From NCBI GenBank assembly GCA_025355325.1, contig JANXZX010000209.1, forward strand, positions 73,211 through 137,210: a DNA stretch of 64,000 nt. The letters run 5' to 3'. The notes beneath the pieces were generated by a model that was not told the DNA's origin, ran no database searches, and was given only the letters and a program-made list of their open reading frames with translations. Positions 16,823 to 28,100 of this stretch are shown here, piece after piece. Made by a program: the position numbers and the translations under genes. This DNA is from Geobacteraceae bacterium. GTDB taxonomy: Bacteria; Desulfobacterota; Desulfuromonadia; Geobacterales; Pseudopelobacteraceae. Each line of letters starts with the position of its first letter. Position 1 is the stretch's first letter.

Positions 16823-19354
16823 CTACTTAAATTCAGGCATTTCATCAAACTGTAGATATTTATAGATTTTATCTGTGTTCGGCTCAATTTTAGCTTTGAA
16901 TATTTCAAGGAATTCAGCCGGTGTCGGCAGTTTTCCGAGGAGTGCCGCAACGGCGCCCAACTCGGCAGAGCCAAGATAAACCTTGGCGCCATTGCCGATA
17001 CGATCATCAAAGTTACGGGTCGAGGTCGAGAACATATTCACGCCATCAGGAACGCGAGCCTGGTTACCCATGCAGAGCGAACACCCTGCAATTTCAATAC
17101 GTGCACCGAAAGCGCTGTAGATCGAGAAGTATGCTTCATCCTTCAATTGCTGCTGATCCATGCGGGTCGGAGGACAGATCCAGGTGCGAACGGCGGGATT
17201 GAACTTCTGACCACGCCAGATCTCGGCAGCAGCACGGAAGTGACCGATATTGGTCATGCAGGAACCGAGGAACACGTCCTGAATCTCTGTTCCGGCGACT
17301 TCCGAGAGAAGCTTGACATCATCCGGATCATTCGGGCATGCCAGGATCGGCTCGGTAATTTCGGACAGATTGATTTCGATAACAGCAGCATATTCGGCAT
17401 TAGCATCAGCTTCAAGAAGCTTGGGAGCCTTCAGCCATTCATTGACGGCATCAATGCGGTTCTGCAGTGTCTGGGCGTCCTGGTACCCTTCCTTAATCAT
17501 CTTCTTCATCAGCGCTACGTTAGAGCGGAGATACTTTGCAACTGAAGCCTCGGACAGCTTAATGCATCCGGCAGCAGCAGAACGCTCGGCAGCGGCGTCA
17601 GTCAGTTCGAATGCCTGCTCTACGGACAGGTCAGGCAAGCCTTCCATTTCAAGAATGCGGCCATTGAAGATATTTATCTTGTTCTTTTTCGGAACGGTCA
17701 GCAGGCCCTGCTTGATAGCCCAGTACGGAATTGCGTTAACCGCGTCACGCAGGGTGATGCCGGAATTAAGCTTGCCCTTGAAACGAACCAGAACGGATTC
17801 CGGCATATCAAGCGGCATGAAGCCCATGGCGCCGGCAAAAGCTACCAGACCGGAACCGGCAGGGAAAGAAATGCCGATCGGGAAACGGGTGTGGGAGTCG
17901 CCGCCGGTACCGACGGTGTCAGGAAGCAGCAGACGGTTCAACCATGAATGGATAACGCCGTCGCCCGGTTTCAGGGGCACTCCGCCACGCTCAATGATGA
18001 ACTGCGGCAGATTTTTGTGCATCTTGACGTCGGCTGGTTTCGGATAAGCAGCGGTGTGGCAGAAAGACTGCATGAACATTGGCGACAGGAACTTAAGACA
18101 GGCAAGCTCTTTCAGTTCATCGGCAGTCATCGGACCGGTGGTGTCCTGTGAACCGACCGTAGTCATCTTCGGTTCGCAGGCGGTACCCGGAAGGATTCCG
18201 GCAACGCCGCAGGCCTGACCGACCATTTTCTGTGCCTGAGTGTAGCCCTGGCCTGCTTTTGGTACCGGATTGACCGGCAGGGTGAAGATATCAGTAGCGC
18301 CAAGACCAAGTGCAGCACGGGCGCGGTCGGTAACGGCACGACCGATAATCAGCGGAATACGGCCGCCGGCGCGGAATTCGTCAGCAACAGTGTTCGGAGC
18401 AATCTGGAATGTGGAAAGCAGTTCACCCGCTTCACTCTTGATTTCACCTTTTTTCGTATCGATGATAATCACGTCCCCGGTATTCATTTTAGTTACATCC
18501 GCCTTCAGGGGCAGAGCGCCGGAATCCTGGGCAGTGTTGAAGAAAATCGGAGCGATAACGCTGCCGATAATGACACCGGCAGTTTTCTTGTTCGGGACGC
18601 AGGGGATATCCTGACCGATGCACCAGAGAACCGAGTTGCAGGCAGATTTACGTGAGGAGCCGGTTCCGACAACATCACCGACAAAAGCTACCTGAAAGCC
18701 GTCAGCGCGGAATTTGGCAATGGTGGCCAGTCCATCCGGAAAGCGGGTTTTACCCATAGCCAGAGCATGCAGCGGGATATCCGGGCGGCTCCAGGCATCA
18801 CCGGCAGGCGAGAAGTCGTCAGTGTTGATTTCGCCTTCAACCTTGTACACTTTAACCTTGATAATTTCGGCAAGGCTTGGCTTGTTGGTGAACCAATCGG
18901 CGTTGGCCCAGGACTGAAGGACTTTTTTGGCTGCGGCATTCGTTGCGGAAAGTTCCACAACTCTGTCGTATCCGTCATATACCAGCGTCATGCCGGACAG
19001 TGCGCAGGCAGCTTCATCAGCCAGAGCAGCATTGGTCAGCGCGCCAACCAGAGGGGCCACATTGTAGCCGCCCATCATCGTGCCGAGCATTCGGATCGCT
19101 TCCACAGGAGATATCAATGGAGACTTCTTTGCTCCGGTAACGAGCTCGGCCAGAAATGCAGCCTTGACTTCCGCAGCCGGATCAACGCCGGGAGAAACGC
19201 GATCCTTGATCAGGGTAAGCAGGAAGGCTTCTTTGCCTGCCGGCGGATTAACCAGCAAATCGCACAGACCTTTGGTCTGTTCGGGGGTTAGCGGAAGTGC
19301 GGGAATGCCCTGTGATGCTCTCTCTTTTTCATGTGCAAGATACGCTTCAATCAT
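16823..19354 (-). CDS. acnB: Bifunctional aconitate hydratase 2 / 2-methylisocitrate dehydratase
   Basis: The 843-aa ORF is collinear with E. coli AcnB as I remember it. Matching segments include the N-terminal HEAT-like domain (LLVNPPAGKEAFLL, TNTDDFSPAGDAWSRPDIPLHALAM) and GDVVGTGSSRKSA. Confidence 0.95.
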   Translation of the reverse strand: MIEAYLAHEKERASQGIPALPLTPEQTKGLCDLLVNPPAGKEAFLLTLIKDRVSPGVDPAAEVKAAFLAELVTGAKKSPLISPVEAIRMLGTMMGGYNVAPLVGALTNAALADEAACALSGMTLVYDGYDRVVELSATNAAAKKVLQSWANADWFTNKPSLAEIIKVKVYKVEGEINTDDFSPAGDAWSRPDIPLHALAMGKTRFPDGLATIAKFRADGFQVAFVGDVVGTGSSRKSACNSVLWCIGQDIPCVPNKKTAGVIIGSVIAPIFFNTAQDSGALPLKADVTKMNTGDVIIIDTKKGEIKSEAGELLSTFQIAPNTVADEFRAGGRIPLIIGRAVTDRARAALGLGATDIFTLPVNPVPKAGQGYTQAQKMVGQACGVAGILPGTACEPKMTTVGSQDTTGPMTADELKELACLKFLSPMFMQSFCHTAAYPKPADVKMHKNLPQFIIERGGVPLKPGDGVIHSWLNRLLLPDTVGTGGDSHTRFPIGISFPAGSGLVAFAGAMGFMPLDMPESVLVRFKGKLNSGITLRDAVNAIPYWAIKQGLLTVPKKNKINIFNGRILEMEGLPDLSVEQAFELTDAAAERSAAAGCIKLSEASVAKYLRSNVALMKKMIKEGYQDAQTLQNRIDAVNEWLKAPKLLEADANAEYAAVIEINLSEITEPILACPNDPDDVKLLSEVAGTEIQDVFLGSCMTNIGHFRAAAEIWRGQKFNPAVRTWICPPTRMDQQQLKDEAYFSIYSAFGARIEIAGCSLCMGNQARVPDGVNMFSTSTRNFDDRIGNGAKVYLGSAELGAVAALLGKLPTPAEFLEIFKAKIEPNTDKIYKYLQFDEMPEFK

Positions 19355-19427
19355 CTTAATTTCCTCCTTCGTGGGATATATTCTACGATGGTTACCCGTT
19401 GAGAATATGCGAGTGTAAATCGCATAC

Positions 19428-19457
19428 TGTATACACGTTTCAGAATTGCCTTGTCAA
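19428..19457 (-). promoter_or_regulatory. Candidate sigma-70 promoter for acnB
   Basis: On the minus strand: TTGACA, an 18-nt spacer, then TATACA, about 75 nt upstream of the acnB ATG. Confidence 0.35.
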
Positions 19458-19677
19458 ATTATTATTGTCCTGAAACAGGGGCTTTTAGCTATACTAAAAC
19501 CGATATTCGGCCCGTTGCATGCGCGCTCCGGCACTACCGCCCTACAAGATCAAACCACCCTCCTTTTACTGGACAATCCTTCGTGCAGCATGTATGTAAT
19601 TCGAGCTAAAAATAAATAGTCTTCGTGTACCCGGAATGAACATTTCACTCTCATTATTCAGGAAGGAATAACCGTAC

Positions 19678-20694
19678 ATGCTGCGATCCTCAATTTTTTT
19701 GAGCCTGTTGTTTACTCTCATGACATGCCTGTTTCCGGACAGTTCTCCGGCGCTTGAGATCACCCCGTTCCGCACCGCCAACCGCAGCCCCGTTGTACAA
19801 TTGTACGGGATCCCATCCATAACCTCTTCAGACCTGCAACCTATCGGACATTGGGAGTTCAGTCTCAACCAGGACGTCGCCTCAAACTTCAGCGCGAGCT
19901 CAACAACAAACGAAACGATCCTGCTGGATGGGGAGCAGTACCGCTGGGCCTTGAACGGCACCTACGGTCTCACCGATCATCTGGAACTGGGATTTGAAAT
20001 ACCCTTTGAATATCAAACCGGCGGGGGATTTCTGGATGGATTTATTATCAATTGGCACAACACTTTCGGACTCCCGCAAGGGGGTCGCAACACCTACCCC
20101 AAGAACCGCCTGAACTACCGCTACACAAAAAACGGTGTCAATAAACTTGACGTGAGCAAGGAATCGGGCGGCATCGGAGATATGAGCCTGCTGGCCGGCT
20201 ACCGGATTTACACACTCCGTAGCGAACTTGACCATGATACGCTGGCGCTCCGGGCGCAGCTTAAACTGCCCACCGGTAACAGCTCAGAGTTACTGGGAAG
20301 CGGCGGCACCGATCTGTCGCTGTTTATTACCGGCTCTATGAACAGCAAAACCGAATGGGGTACGGTCGGTATTTTTGCCTCGGCCGGGGGAATGTATGGC
20401 AGCGACGGCGATATTTTAAAAGAGCAGCGCCGCAACCTGGCGGGATTTGGAACTGTCGGCATCGGCTTGGCACCGACAAACTGGATTGCCTTCAAGGTTC
20501 AATGCAATTTCAACACACCACTCTTCAAGGAGAGCTCATTACGTGAACTCGGTAAAAATTCTGCGATGTTAACAACCGGCGGCACACTGAAGTTTCCGGG
20601 TGACTACCTGCTGGACATTGGAGTGGGTGAAGACATTGCCGTCGCAACCGCACCTGACGTCACCTTTAACCTGGGAATCAGCAAAAAATTCTGA
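19678..20694 (+). CDS. Putative outer-membrane beta-barrel protein (DUF3187-like, from memory)
   Basis: The 338-aa ORF has a signal peptide, and the mature N-terminus ITPFRTANRSPVVQLYGIP resembles DUF3187. It shows alternating hydrophobic beta-strand patterning and ends in an aromatic residue (ISKKF). Confidence 0.5.
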   Translation: MLRSSIFLSLLFTLMTCLFPDSSPALEITPFRTANRSPVVQLYGIPSITSSDLQPIGHWEFSLNQDVASNFSASSTTNETILLDGEQYRWALNGTYGLTDHLELGFEIPFEYQTGGGFLDGFIINWHNTFGLPQGGRNTYPKNRLNYRYTKNGVNKLDVSKESGGIGDMSLLAGYRIYTLRSELDHDTLALRAQLKLPTGNSSELLGSGGTDLSLFITGSMNSKTEWGTVGIFASAGGMYGSDGDILKEQRRNLAGFGTVGIGLAPTNWIAFKVQCNFNTPLFKESSLRELGKNSAMLTTGGTLKFPGDYLLDIGVGEDIAVATAPDVTFNLGISKKF

Positions 20695-20748
20695 ACTGTT
20701 GATGTTTTGAAGAAGCGGCTCCCCCTCGACTGAGGAGGTGCCGACAGA

Positions 20749-21612
20749 CTATTTCACTTTCGCCTGCTTCACAAAACGTTCATGGACACTCGCCAGACTT
20801 GAATAATCAGGATACTTCTGCAGTTGAGCCCGCAGCCTGGCAATACGTTCGCCAAGTGGTGGATGAGTTGAGAACCACGACCCTTTTTTATCTTTACTCG
20901 AAGCCTCCAACCTTTGCAGTTTTTCCAGCACCCTGATCATCGCAGAAGGATCGTACCCGGTGCGGTAGGTCGTTTCCATAGCGGCCAGGTCAGCTTCGAA
21001 CTCCATCTCTTTATCAAGACCCTTGTCAAACAGAACCGTCTGCATATCGCCAATGGCTGAAGCGAATTTCTTCCCTCTTTCTCCACCGACACTTGCGGCG
21101 GTGATTGTTCCGACACCCTGAATGAGCTGGGCGCGCTGAGTACTTTTCAACGCATGCTTTGCCGACACATGGCCGACTTCGTGGGCAAGGACGGCCGCCA
21201 GCTCGGCTTCATCATTCAGAATAGCAAGCAACGCGCGACTGATGAAAATCACCCCACCGGGAACGGCAAAGGCGTTTTGAACAGAACTGTCCAACACGGC
21301 AAACTGATAGTGAATCGTCGAACGTTTGCTGTTGGCAGCAACCGCTGTTCCTACCAGATTGACATACTTCTGCAATGATTCGTTAGCTACCGGCGACCCA
21401 AACCGCTGCAGGCCTTCCAGCGCAAGGCTTTCTCCAATAGCCCGCTCAGTCTTGTAATCGATCTCCTTCGAACTTGATAAAACCTGGGTCGCTCCGGAAA
21501 AAATTTTACCCTCTTTCGATTCCGGATCAAGAATGGCTTCAAAAAATCCGGCAGAAGCGGACGTGGCTAAAATAGAAAGAAGTAACAATGCCGTACATAA
21601 GAGTGATTTCAT
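20749..21612 (-). CDS. Secreted M48-family zinc metalloprotease
   Basis: The 287-aa ORF has a signal peptide ending LATSASA and the HEVGH zinc motif (LAHEVGHVSAKH). Its ATG overlaps the stop of the upstream SH3 gene (ATGA). Confidence 0.85.
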   Translation of the reverse strand: MKSLLCTALLLLSILATSASAGFFEAILDPESKEGKIFSGATQVLSSSKEIDYKTERAIGESLALEGLQRFGSPVANESLQKYVNLVGTAVAANSKRSTIHYQFAVLDSSVQNAFAVPGGVIFISRALLAILNDEAELAAVLAHEVGHVSAKHALKSTQRAQLIQGVGTITAASVGGERGKKFASAIGDMQTVLFDKGLDKEMEFEADLAAMETTYRTGYDPSAMIRVLEKLQRLEASSKDKKGSWFSTHPPLGERIARLRAQLQKYPDYSSLASVHERFVKQAKVK

Positions 21613-22139
21613 TGTTTACCCCCTTGAACCTGGGCGTACTCGCCGATTTTTCCCTCTTTCAGAAAAGTCTTCAGTTCATTGTCACTGACTTTACGCGCCA
21701 GTATGGCATCAACAGCTTTCTTATACTTCTCCGGAGTGCCGCGACCTTTGGCATACGCATCCGCTTCGGGAGAAAGGCCGCGGATACTACGGGCACTGTC
21801 AGCTTTTGCCGTGTTGATCTGACTCTTTTGCATGGAGTCGCCAAAAAGACCACCGTCACCACCGGTAACCTCGGCAGCCGGTGCCGTATCAGAAACACGC
21901 CCTGCGTACACCCACCCTTCCTTGCCGGAAGCTATCCTGACTTTCAGCCAGCGCCCCCCTGACTCAAGAACCGTAAGCTCTGTACCAACCAGGACATCGG
22001 CAACATTGTCGGATGTGGCTGAAGCTTCTGCTTTCAGCGCTGTTCCTTCACTGGATACCCAGCGTTTTTCCTCAGCCATTACTGTAACAGCAAACAGCAA
22101 CAGGGCCAATACTGCGGCCATACTACGCGAAACTTTCAT
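21609..22139 (-). CDS. Secreted bacterial SH3-domain protein
   Basis: The 176-aa ORF has a signal peptide. The SH3b-like core is ALKAEASATSDNVADVLVGTELTVLESGGRWLKVRIASGKEGWVYAGRV. Confidence 0.7.
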   Translation of the reverse strand: MKVSRSMAAVLALLLFAVTVMAEEKRWVSSEGTALKAEASATSDNVADVLVGTELTVLESGGRWLKVRIASGKEGWVYAGRVSDTAPAAEVTGGDGGLFGDSMQKSQINTAKADSARSIRGLSPEADAYAKGRGTPEKYKKAVDAILARKVSDNELKTFLKEGKIGEYAQVQGGKQ

Positions 22140-22167
22140 CGTACCCTCCCCTTTATTTGACTGCTTA

Positions 22168-25100
22168 CTACTGATAATCTCCGGTCAAAACGAACGCCCC
22201 CCAATATCCCGGATGAGGATAGCGGTTTTTTACATGCTGCATCGCGCGGGTCAAACTCTCCGATTTACCGTACGTCATGTAATTGCGGTAGAACTGCTTC
22301 ATCATAATCGCTGTAGATACATCGCTGACCCGCCAAAGGCTCGACATCAGCGAATGAGTGCCGGCAAAGATGAATGCCCGGTTCATTCCGACCACATCGT
22401 CACCGCTCCGGATATCTCCGAGCCCGGTCTGACAGGCGCTCAACACAACCAGATCTGCCCGGATATCAAGACCGAAAACCTCTTCCGCCTGAAGCTTGCC
22501 GTCAGCCTTGTTATCCTTTGTCAAACGGATGGCGGAGAAAAGCGGATTGACCGGATCAAACTCGCCGTGGGATGCCAGATGAATCACGCCGAACTCACTG
22601 ATATGCTCCCTCACCCAACTCTCGGTGGCACGCTCGCGGGTCAGGGTCGTCACATCCGGATAATTCCAGCGAAGCGTACCCGCTTCACGTTCGGCAAACG
22701 GAAGATCAAGCGCAGAATTTCCCAGGTCAGGATTGCCGATTGCCAAAACCCGCAGATTCTTGTTCTGCTGACGGCGCGCCAGCGTATATTTCAGCACCGA
22801 TGCTGCCGGGAGATAAAACAGCTTCTGCCGGTCAACCAGATAATCGCGGCCATCGCTTAAGGTAGCAAACGCCAGATAATGGAGACTGCCGTGCGGGATG
22901 ATTCCGACCGAACGGAGCGAACCGCTGCCTGCCAGCGGAGCGGCTACCAGCAGGTCATACAGTTCGCGTGACTGTTTTTCCAGCGGCTCCAGATTTTGCA
23001 GCATCCGGCGATAGGACGAAATTTTCGCCGCCAGTTCCTTTGCCGGAATATTCTGAATGATCAGTTTTGCCTGGTCATGATCGATCTTCCAGCAGAGCAG
23101 ACGGTCCGGCAGCTGATAGTACGAAAGCAGCACAACACCCGGTTCAAGCAGTTTGCGTACATCGTCAAGCGTAGTCGGACTCACCTTCACCAGGGCGAGC
23201 AGATCGGGACGCTTACGTTCGATATCAATCAGCAGATCCTGGTACTCCGCCTGCAGCCTTTGCAGCGCGTCGCTATACCGCGCCCGTTCCTTCGGATTCA
23301 CCGCCTGAACCGACAGACTTTCCTGCTCAAGAATCTGCTCCTTCAAGCGGTTCTGATGATCATACAACTCCTGATTCACCGCCCCGGACAGCGACAACCG
23401 CTGGCGGCCAAGAATATCAATCAGGCTGCGGGAACGGGAACGTTCAGCAACGGCAAACGCTTCATCGCTTCGCTTCAGATCAACCAGCAGACTGACCAGA
23501 CCGGAATAGACATCCATCTTGTCGGCGAGGAAACCGTCCTTCAACTGATCCAGCTTGATCTCGGCACGCAGGCCTTCAACCGTTTCCAGAGCCTGCTGAT
23601 AAGAAGCAACAGCTTTGAGCGAATCGCCAGCCAGATTCTGCAACCGGGCAAGTCCAAGCAGTGCCCGCCAGCGTACTTCGCGCAGCAACAGCGCATCGGC
23701 AATTTCAAGCGCCTTCCGGTAACTTGCTTCGGCCACCGCTGCCTGTTTCAACTCCGCTTCGGCGTCGCCGCGAGCGAGATAAATCTTGGCAAGATTGACC
23801 TTATCACCAATATCCGTCGCCATTCCGGCAGCCTCGGAAAACTGTAGCAGCGCGGCTGACGCATCCCCCATCTTCAGGCGGGTCTGCCCGAGATTTCGCA
23901 GATCATAGGCCATCGCCCAGCGGGAGCCGAGCTTCCGGTCTATCTCCAACGCTTTTTCAAGGGTCGCCAGCGCTGCAGTGTACTCCCTCGACTCTCGCTG
24001 AACCAGACCGATATTGTTTAGCGTCGTCGCAACCTCATCGCGCCTGACCGCCAGTTTTTCAGCCCGAACCAGCGCACCGCGAAGTTCAAGCTGGGCCCGT
24101 TTGTTGTCGCCAAGCGTCCACCAGATCAGACCGCCGGTGTTCTTTGCCATAACCTGTTCGAGTGGCCATTTTTCCGCCAGAGCAGCTTTTTCCACCTGCT
24201 CACGCAAATCAAACGCTTCCTGATATCGTCCCTGAAACCAGGCATTATTCGCCTGTTCCAGCACAATCCGCATTTTCGTGCGTAGATCCTTTGTGCCCAC
24301 TATTGCCAGCGCATCGGTATAAAACTTGTCGGCAGCCGGAAAATTACCCAGCAGTCGCTGGCAGCGTCCCCGTTCAAGAAGGGTTTCGGCTTCCAGCGGA
24401 GCATTGCTGACTTTACGGTAGATTTCCCCCGCCTGGCCATAATATTGGGCCGCAACGGCATACTGGTTGAGGCGCAGGTCATAAATGCGGCCAAGATTCC
24501 GATACTGCTCAGCCAACGAGACGTCATCCTTCAACGTCCGGCGCAGACCGGCAGCTTCCTCGAAAAAAGTCCTGGCCGCACTGAAGTTAACCGCATTTTC
24601 CATTACAACACCGAAATCAGCCAGTGCCGCCGCCTCTTCTTTTGCCATGCCCAGCTCGGTAAAAATGCCGACTCCTTCTTTCAGAGAAACCGCCGCCTCG
24701 GCAAAGCGTTCGGCATTTCCCTGCAAAAGTCCAAGGCGAAGCAGTGCATCGGCATGGTCAGCCGAGTATGGTTTTTCTTTCGCCAGTCCCTTGACCAGCG
24801 CCTCGGCATGAACTATCGCCCGGTCGGTGAAACCGGCGGCAAAAGCACTTTCACGGGCATAGCGGTGCAGTGTGGTGCGCTGCTTTGACAGCGACGGATT
24901 CTCTTCAATAATAACAAGGGCGTTTTCAAAGTGAGAGAGCGCTTTGGCAAATAAACCGGCATTGTGAGCCTGAACCCCGGCTTTGCCGTATTCGGTGAAC
25001 CGGCTTTTGCCAAGTTTGGCGGCCTCCACCGCATCCGGTCCCCAGTCTCCGATCAGCAGCCAGCCGGGCTGAAGTTTCTTCCGGGCATCGCCAAGCGCTG

Positions 25101-28100
25101 CACTGGCATATGCTTCGGTAAATCCTTTCGAATCGCCCGGTACTCCGCCGTCCAGCAGCAGCGACGGCACACCAAGCAGCGTTGCAAAATGCCCCAGACT
25201 GTAAGCCTGTTGCAGACCGGCGCGTGGTGCGACAAGTAGCGAGAGATTATCAGCCGCAGTCAATTCGGATAACGGATGACGCAGACCTTTATCATCCTCC
25301 CACAACGGCAGCGCATACCCGCTGCCGCCTGGAAGTGACGGGACTTCCGGCAGCAGACCGGCCCGGAAGGGAAGCACCAGGGTATGGGCATCGGCAAGCC
25401 GTCCGGTCATCGGGATAGTCGGTAATTTCGAGAAAGGTGCACCACCCTGCCACCAGCCGGTCGTATCAAGTATCTGGCGGCGGAACGGCTTGCGCAGAGA
25501 AACAGACTGAACCAACTGACAGGCGCTTAATCCCCAGCTGATTACCGGAGCGGCGATGAAGCGGGAAGGATCTTCATAGGCTGCCAGAACCGGCGGAACT
25601 GCGGCGAGACGGGCATCGAGCGTCGGTTTGGTAACCGTTTCAGCAATAATCTTCCCTTTGCCGTCAACCGTAAAGAGCAGCCAGCGCACAGCATCAAGCG
25701 GCGTAAAGCGCAGCAGCGTTCTGCCCGGCAGATTTTCCACTACGTCGATGAGTTCAATCGACTGCGGGGAAATGAGGCGACAGAGCCTTCCTCCTTTTCC
25801 GGAAGCACATTCTTTGTTGAACAACTGTTGCAGAGTGCTGAAGCGCTGCTGAGCACCTTTCAAGGTCTCGGCGCGGGAAGGTGTTTCGTCACTTGACCGG
25901 GAAATAACCCCCAGATCAACCGATGCCGCAGCCAGTCGGATCCCCGTATCTCCGGCAAAGCGGTAAAAAGTGGGAATTCGTTCCAGTTTGGCGCCAAACA
26001 GATCGTCAATAATCGCCTGCTCCTGCTGAAGTCGCAGCTGCAGGTAGTCTTTATCCGCTGTTGCAGCTTTGGCAACCGCACCACGCAGACGGTCGATTTC
26101 GGCAAGATGGGGCGCCGCAGCGCGGAACTGACCGAGCGTCGCCGGATCGTTAAGGCCGAGCGCACCGCGACCGAGAACCTGTACCCGCTCCAGTTCGCTC
26201 ATCTTTTCCAGCAGGGCAAACGCCTGTTCGGGATTTTTGGCGGCGAGTTTCTCCAGATAGGGCGCAAAGCGCTCCATGATCTCACCCTTTTGCAGGTCAA
26301 ACTCCGTCAGCGGCAGCTTCTCAAGCTGTGCCAGAGCTTCATCATAGCGGCCAAGCGCCGTAATTGCCCGCCATTCAAGTGCAGACGCCGCAGCAGTTCC
26401 GGCTTCTTCACGCGCAGCGTTCAGAGCTGTTTCAGCAGCATCGGACAGACCGAGCGCCGTAAGTACTGCGCCACGATTTAGCTGAGCAACCACCCGTTGA
26501 CGGTGCTGCTGATGCAGCAGGTCCCGATCACTACTGTCCGCAGCCGTAAGCAGCGTCCGGTCCCAATGTTCCAAAGCTTTAAATAATAGTGCCTGCCGAC
26601 CACCATCATCGGCGACAGATGGAGCCAGGCGAGCCAGCAGCGTTCCGGCATCATTATGATAGCGGCCATAGACGAGCGGCGGAAGAGCCGTACGGGATGT
26701 GTCCGCCAGCCGTGAGACGCGCGCCTCGGCGGCCAGATAGTCGCCTGTGTCAGCCGGTATTTCCCCGGCAGTCAACAGTTGCCCCCAGTTAATCAGATTG
26801 AGCATGGCACTGATCGGATTGCCGGACTGCAGCGAAAGGATCGTTGAACGCTGAAAATCACGCGCTGAATTTTCCCGGTCACCCAACGCATAATCAATAT
26901 GAGCGATGCGGTGTGAAAGCAGCGTAACGCCATACAGATCTTTGACGGCAATTTTTTTGATGTCAGACGGATAGCGATTCAGCTGATTCTTGAGCAAAAC
27001 CAAAGCTGTTGACGGGTCACCCAATTCCGATTGAATGCGGGCCAGATACGTCTCGGCCAGTCGTTTTTCCTGCTCGGCAGTGAAGCCGAAAGCGGCATCG
27101 GTGGAGCCCCCCTTGTCAAGAGAAACAGTTGCCGATATTTCCACCAGACCACCGCTCCGTTTTGCCGGTGTCTTGGACTTGGGCGGATTTTTTTCAATGA
27201 GTATCAACAGATCACTAAACCCGTCCCGGCTCAAGCGGAGCAACCGCTGCTGTTCCTCACCGGATGCCGCGTGAGCTTCCTTGTACGCGGCTATACTGGC
27301 TGAACGCCGATTTGAGGCAAGATTACCGGTAAAACCGAGCCCCTGATTCAGTTTGAAAGCTTCATCAAAATGTTCGCGGGCTGCGGAATAGCGATCAGCT
27401 TCAAGATACGCCAGACCGAGTCGGTCATGAATCTCTGCAGTCGTTTCCACCAGACGCGGAACTGAGTCCAGCTCCTTTTCCACCGCAGTTGCCATAGAGT
27501 TAAGCTCAGAAAGGAATTTGACGGCATCCTTGTGCCAGGAAGGGGCAGACTTGAGAAGCGCACGTTGCCGCTCCAGCAGACTTCGCAGCGTCTTGTCAAA
27601 ACCGGTCCAGGCGGCTGATGGCGGGGCTTCGGGAGGCACAGTTCCGAGCCGGTCGAGTTCGGCGCTAATCGCCTGATGCTCGTTAAGCGCTGCTTCTGCG
27701 CTCGTACTTCGCCCCGTTCCGGAAAAGAGACGTTCTACGACACGCCGCGACAGCTTCCCGAACAGATCAAGCGGCCGGGACGGGTTCAGGCGGTCCTCTG
27801 ACAGTTTAAGCGCCCTGAGATAACCGGTGATCGGCGCTTCTTTTTCGCGCATTTGAAATGCAACTGCCGCGTAGCGCTGCTGAAAAATCAGTTCAGTTTC
27901 CGGATTGTCGAACGGAATCTTTGCGGCGAGTCTTTCGCTGTAAAACTTCCAGGCGGTTGCCTTGCTGCCAAGCAGATACGCAATATTGCCGATATTAAGA
28001 TTCAGGTTGGCACGATTTTCCGGCTGTTCCACCGGCCGGTTGAGCAGCCAGGCGCGGCGGTAGAGCGCGAGCGCCCGTTCCAACCCGCCCCTCTCGCCAT

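Noticed and set aside
17313-18047. 244-aa plus-strand ORF, with others at 17147-17545 and 18767-19291, inside acnB
   Set aside because: They lie antisense to an unambiguous AcnB coding sequence, and their composition is that of a shadow frame.
21832-22860. 342-aa plus-strand ORF, and similar ones at 22996-23847, 27853-29298, 31952-33511 and 33515-33769, lying antisense to the giant CHAT and YdbH-like genes
   Set aside because: Their translations are low-complexity and rich in Arg, Pro and Ser, with no motifs and no RBS. These are typical shadow ORFs opposite GC-rich genes. The minus-strand products carry clear domain signatures.
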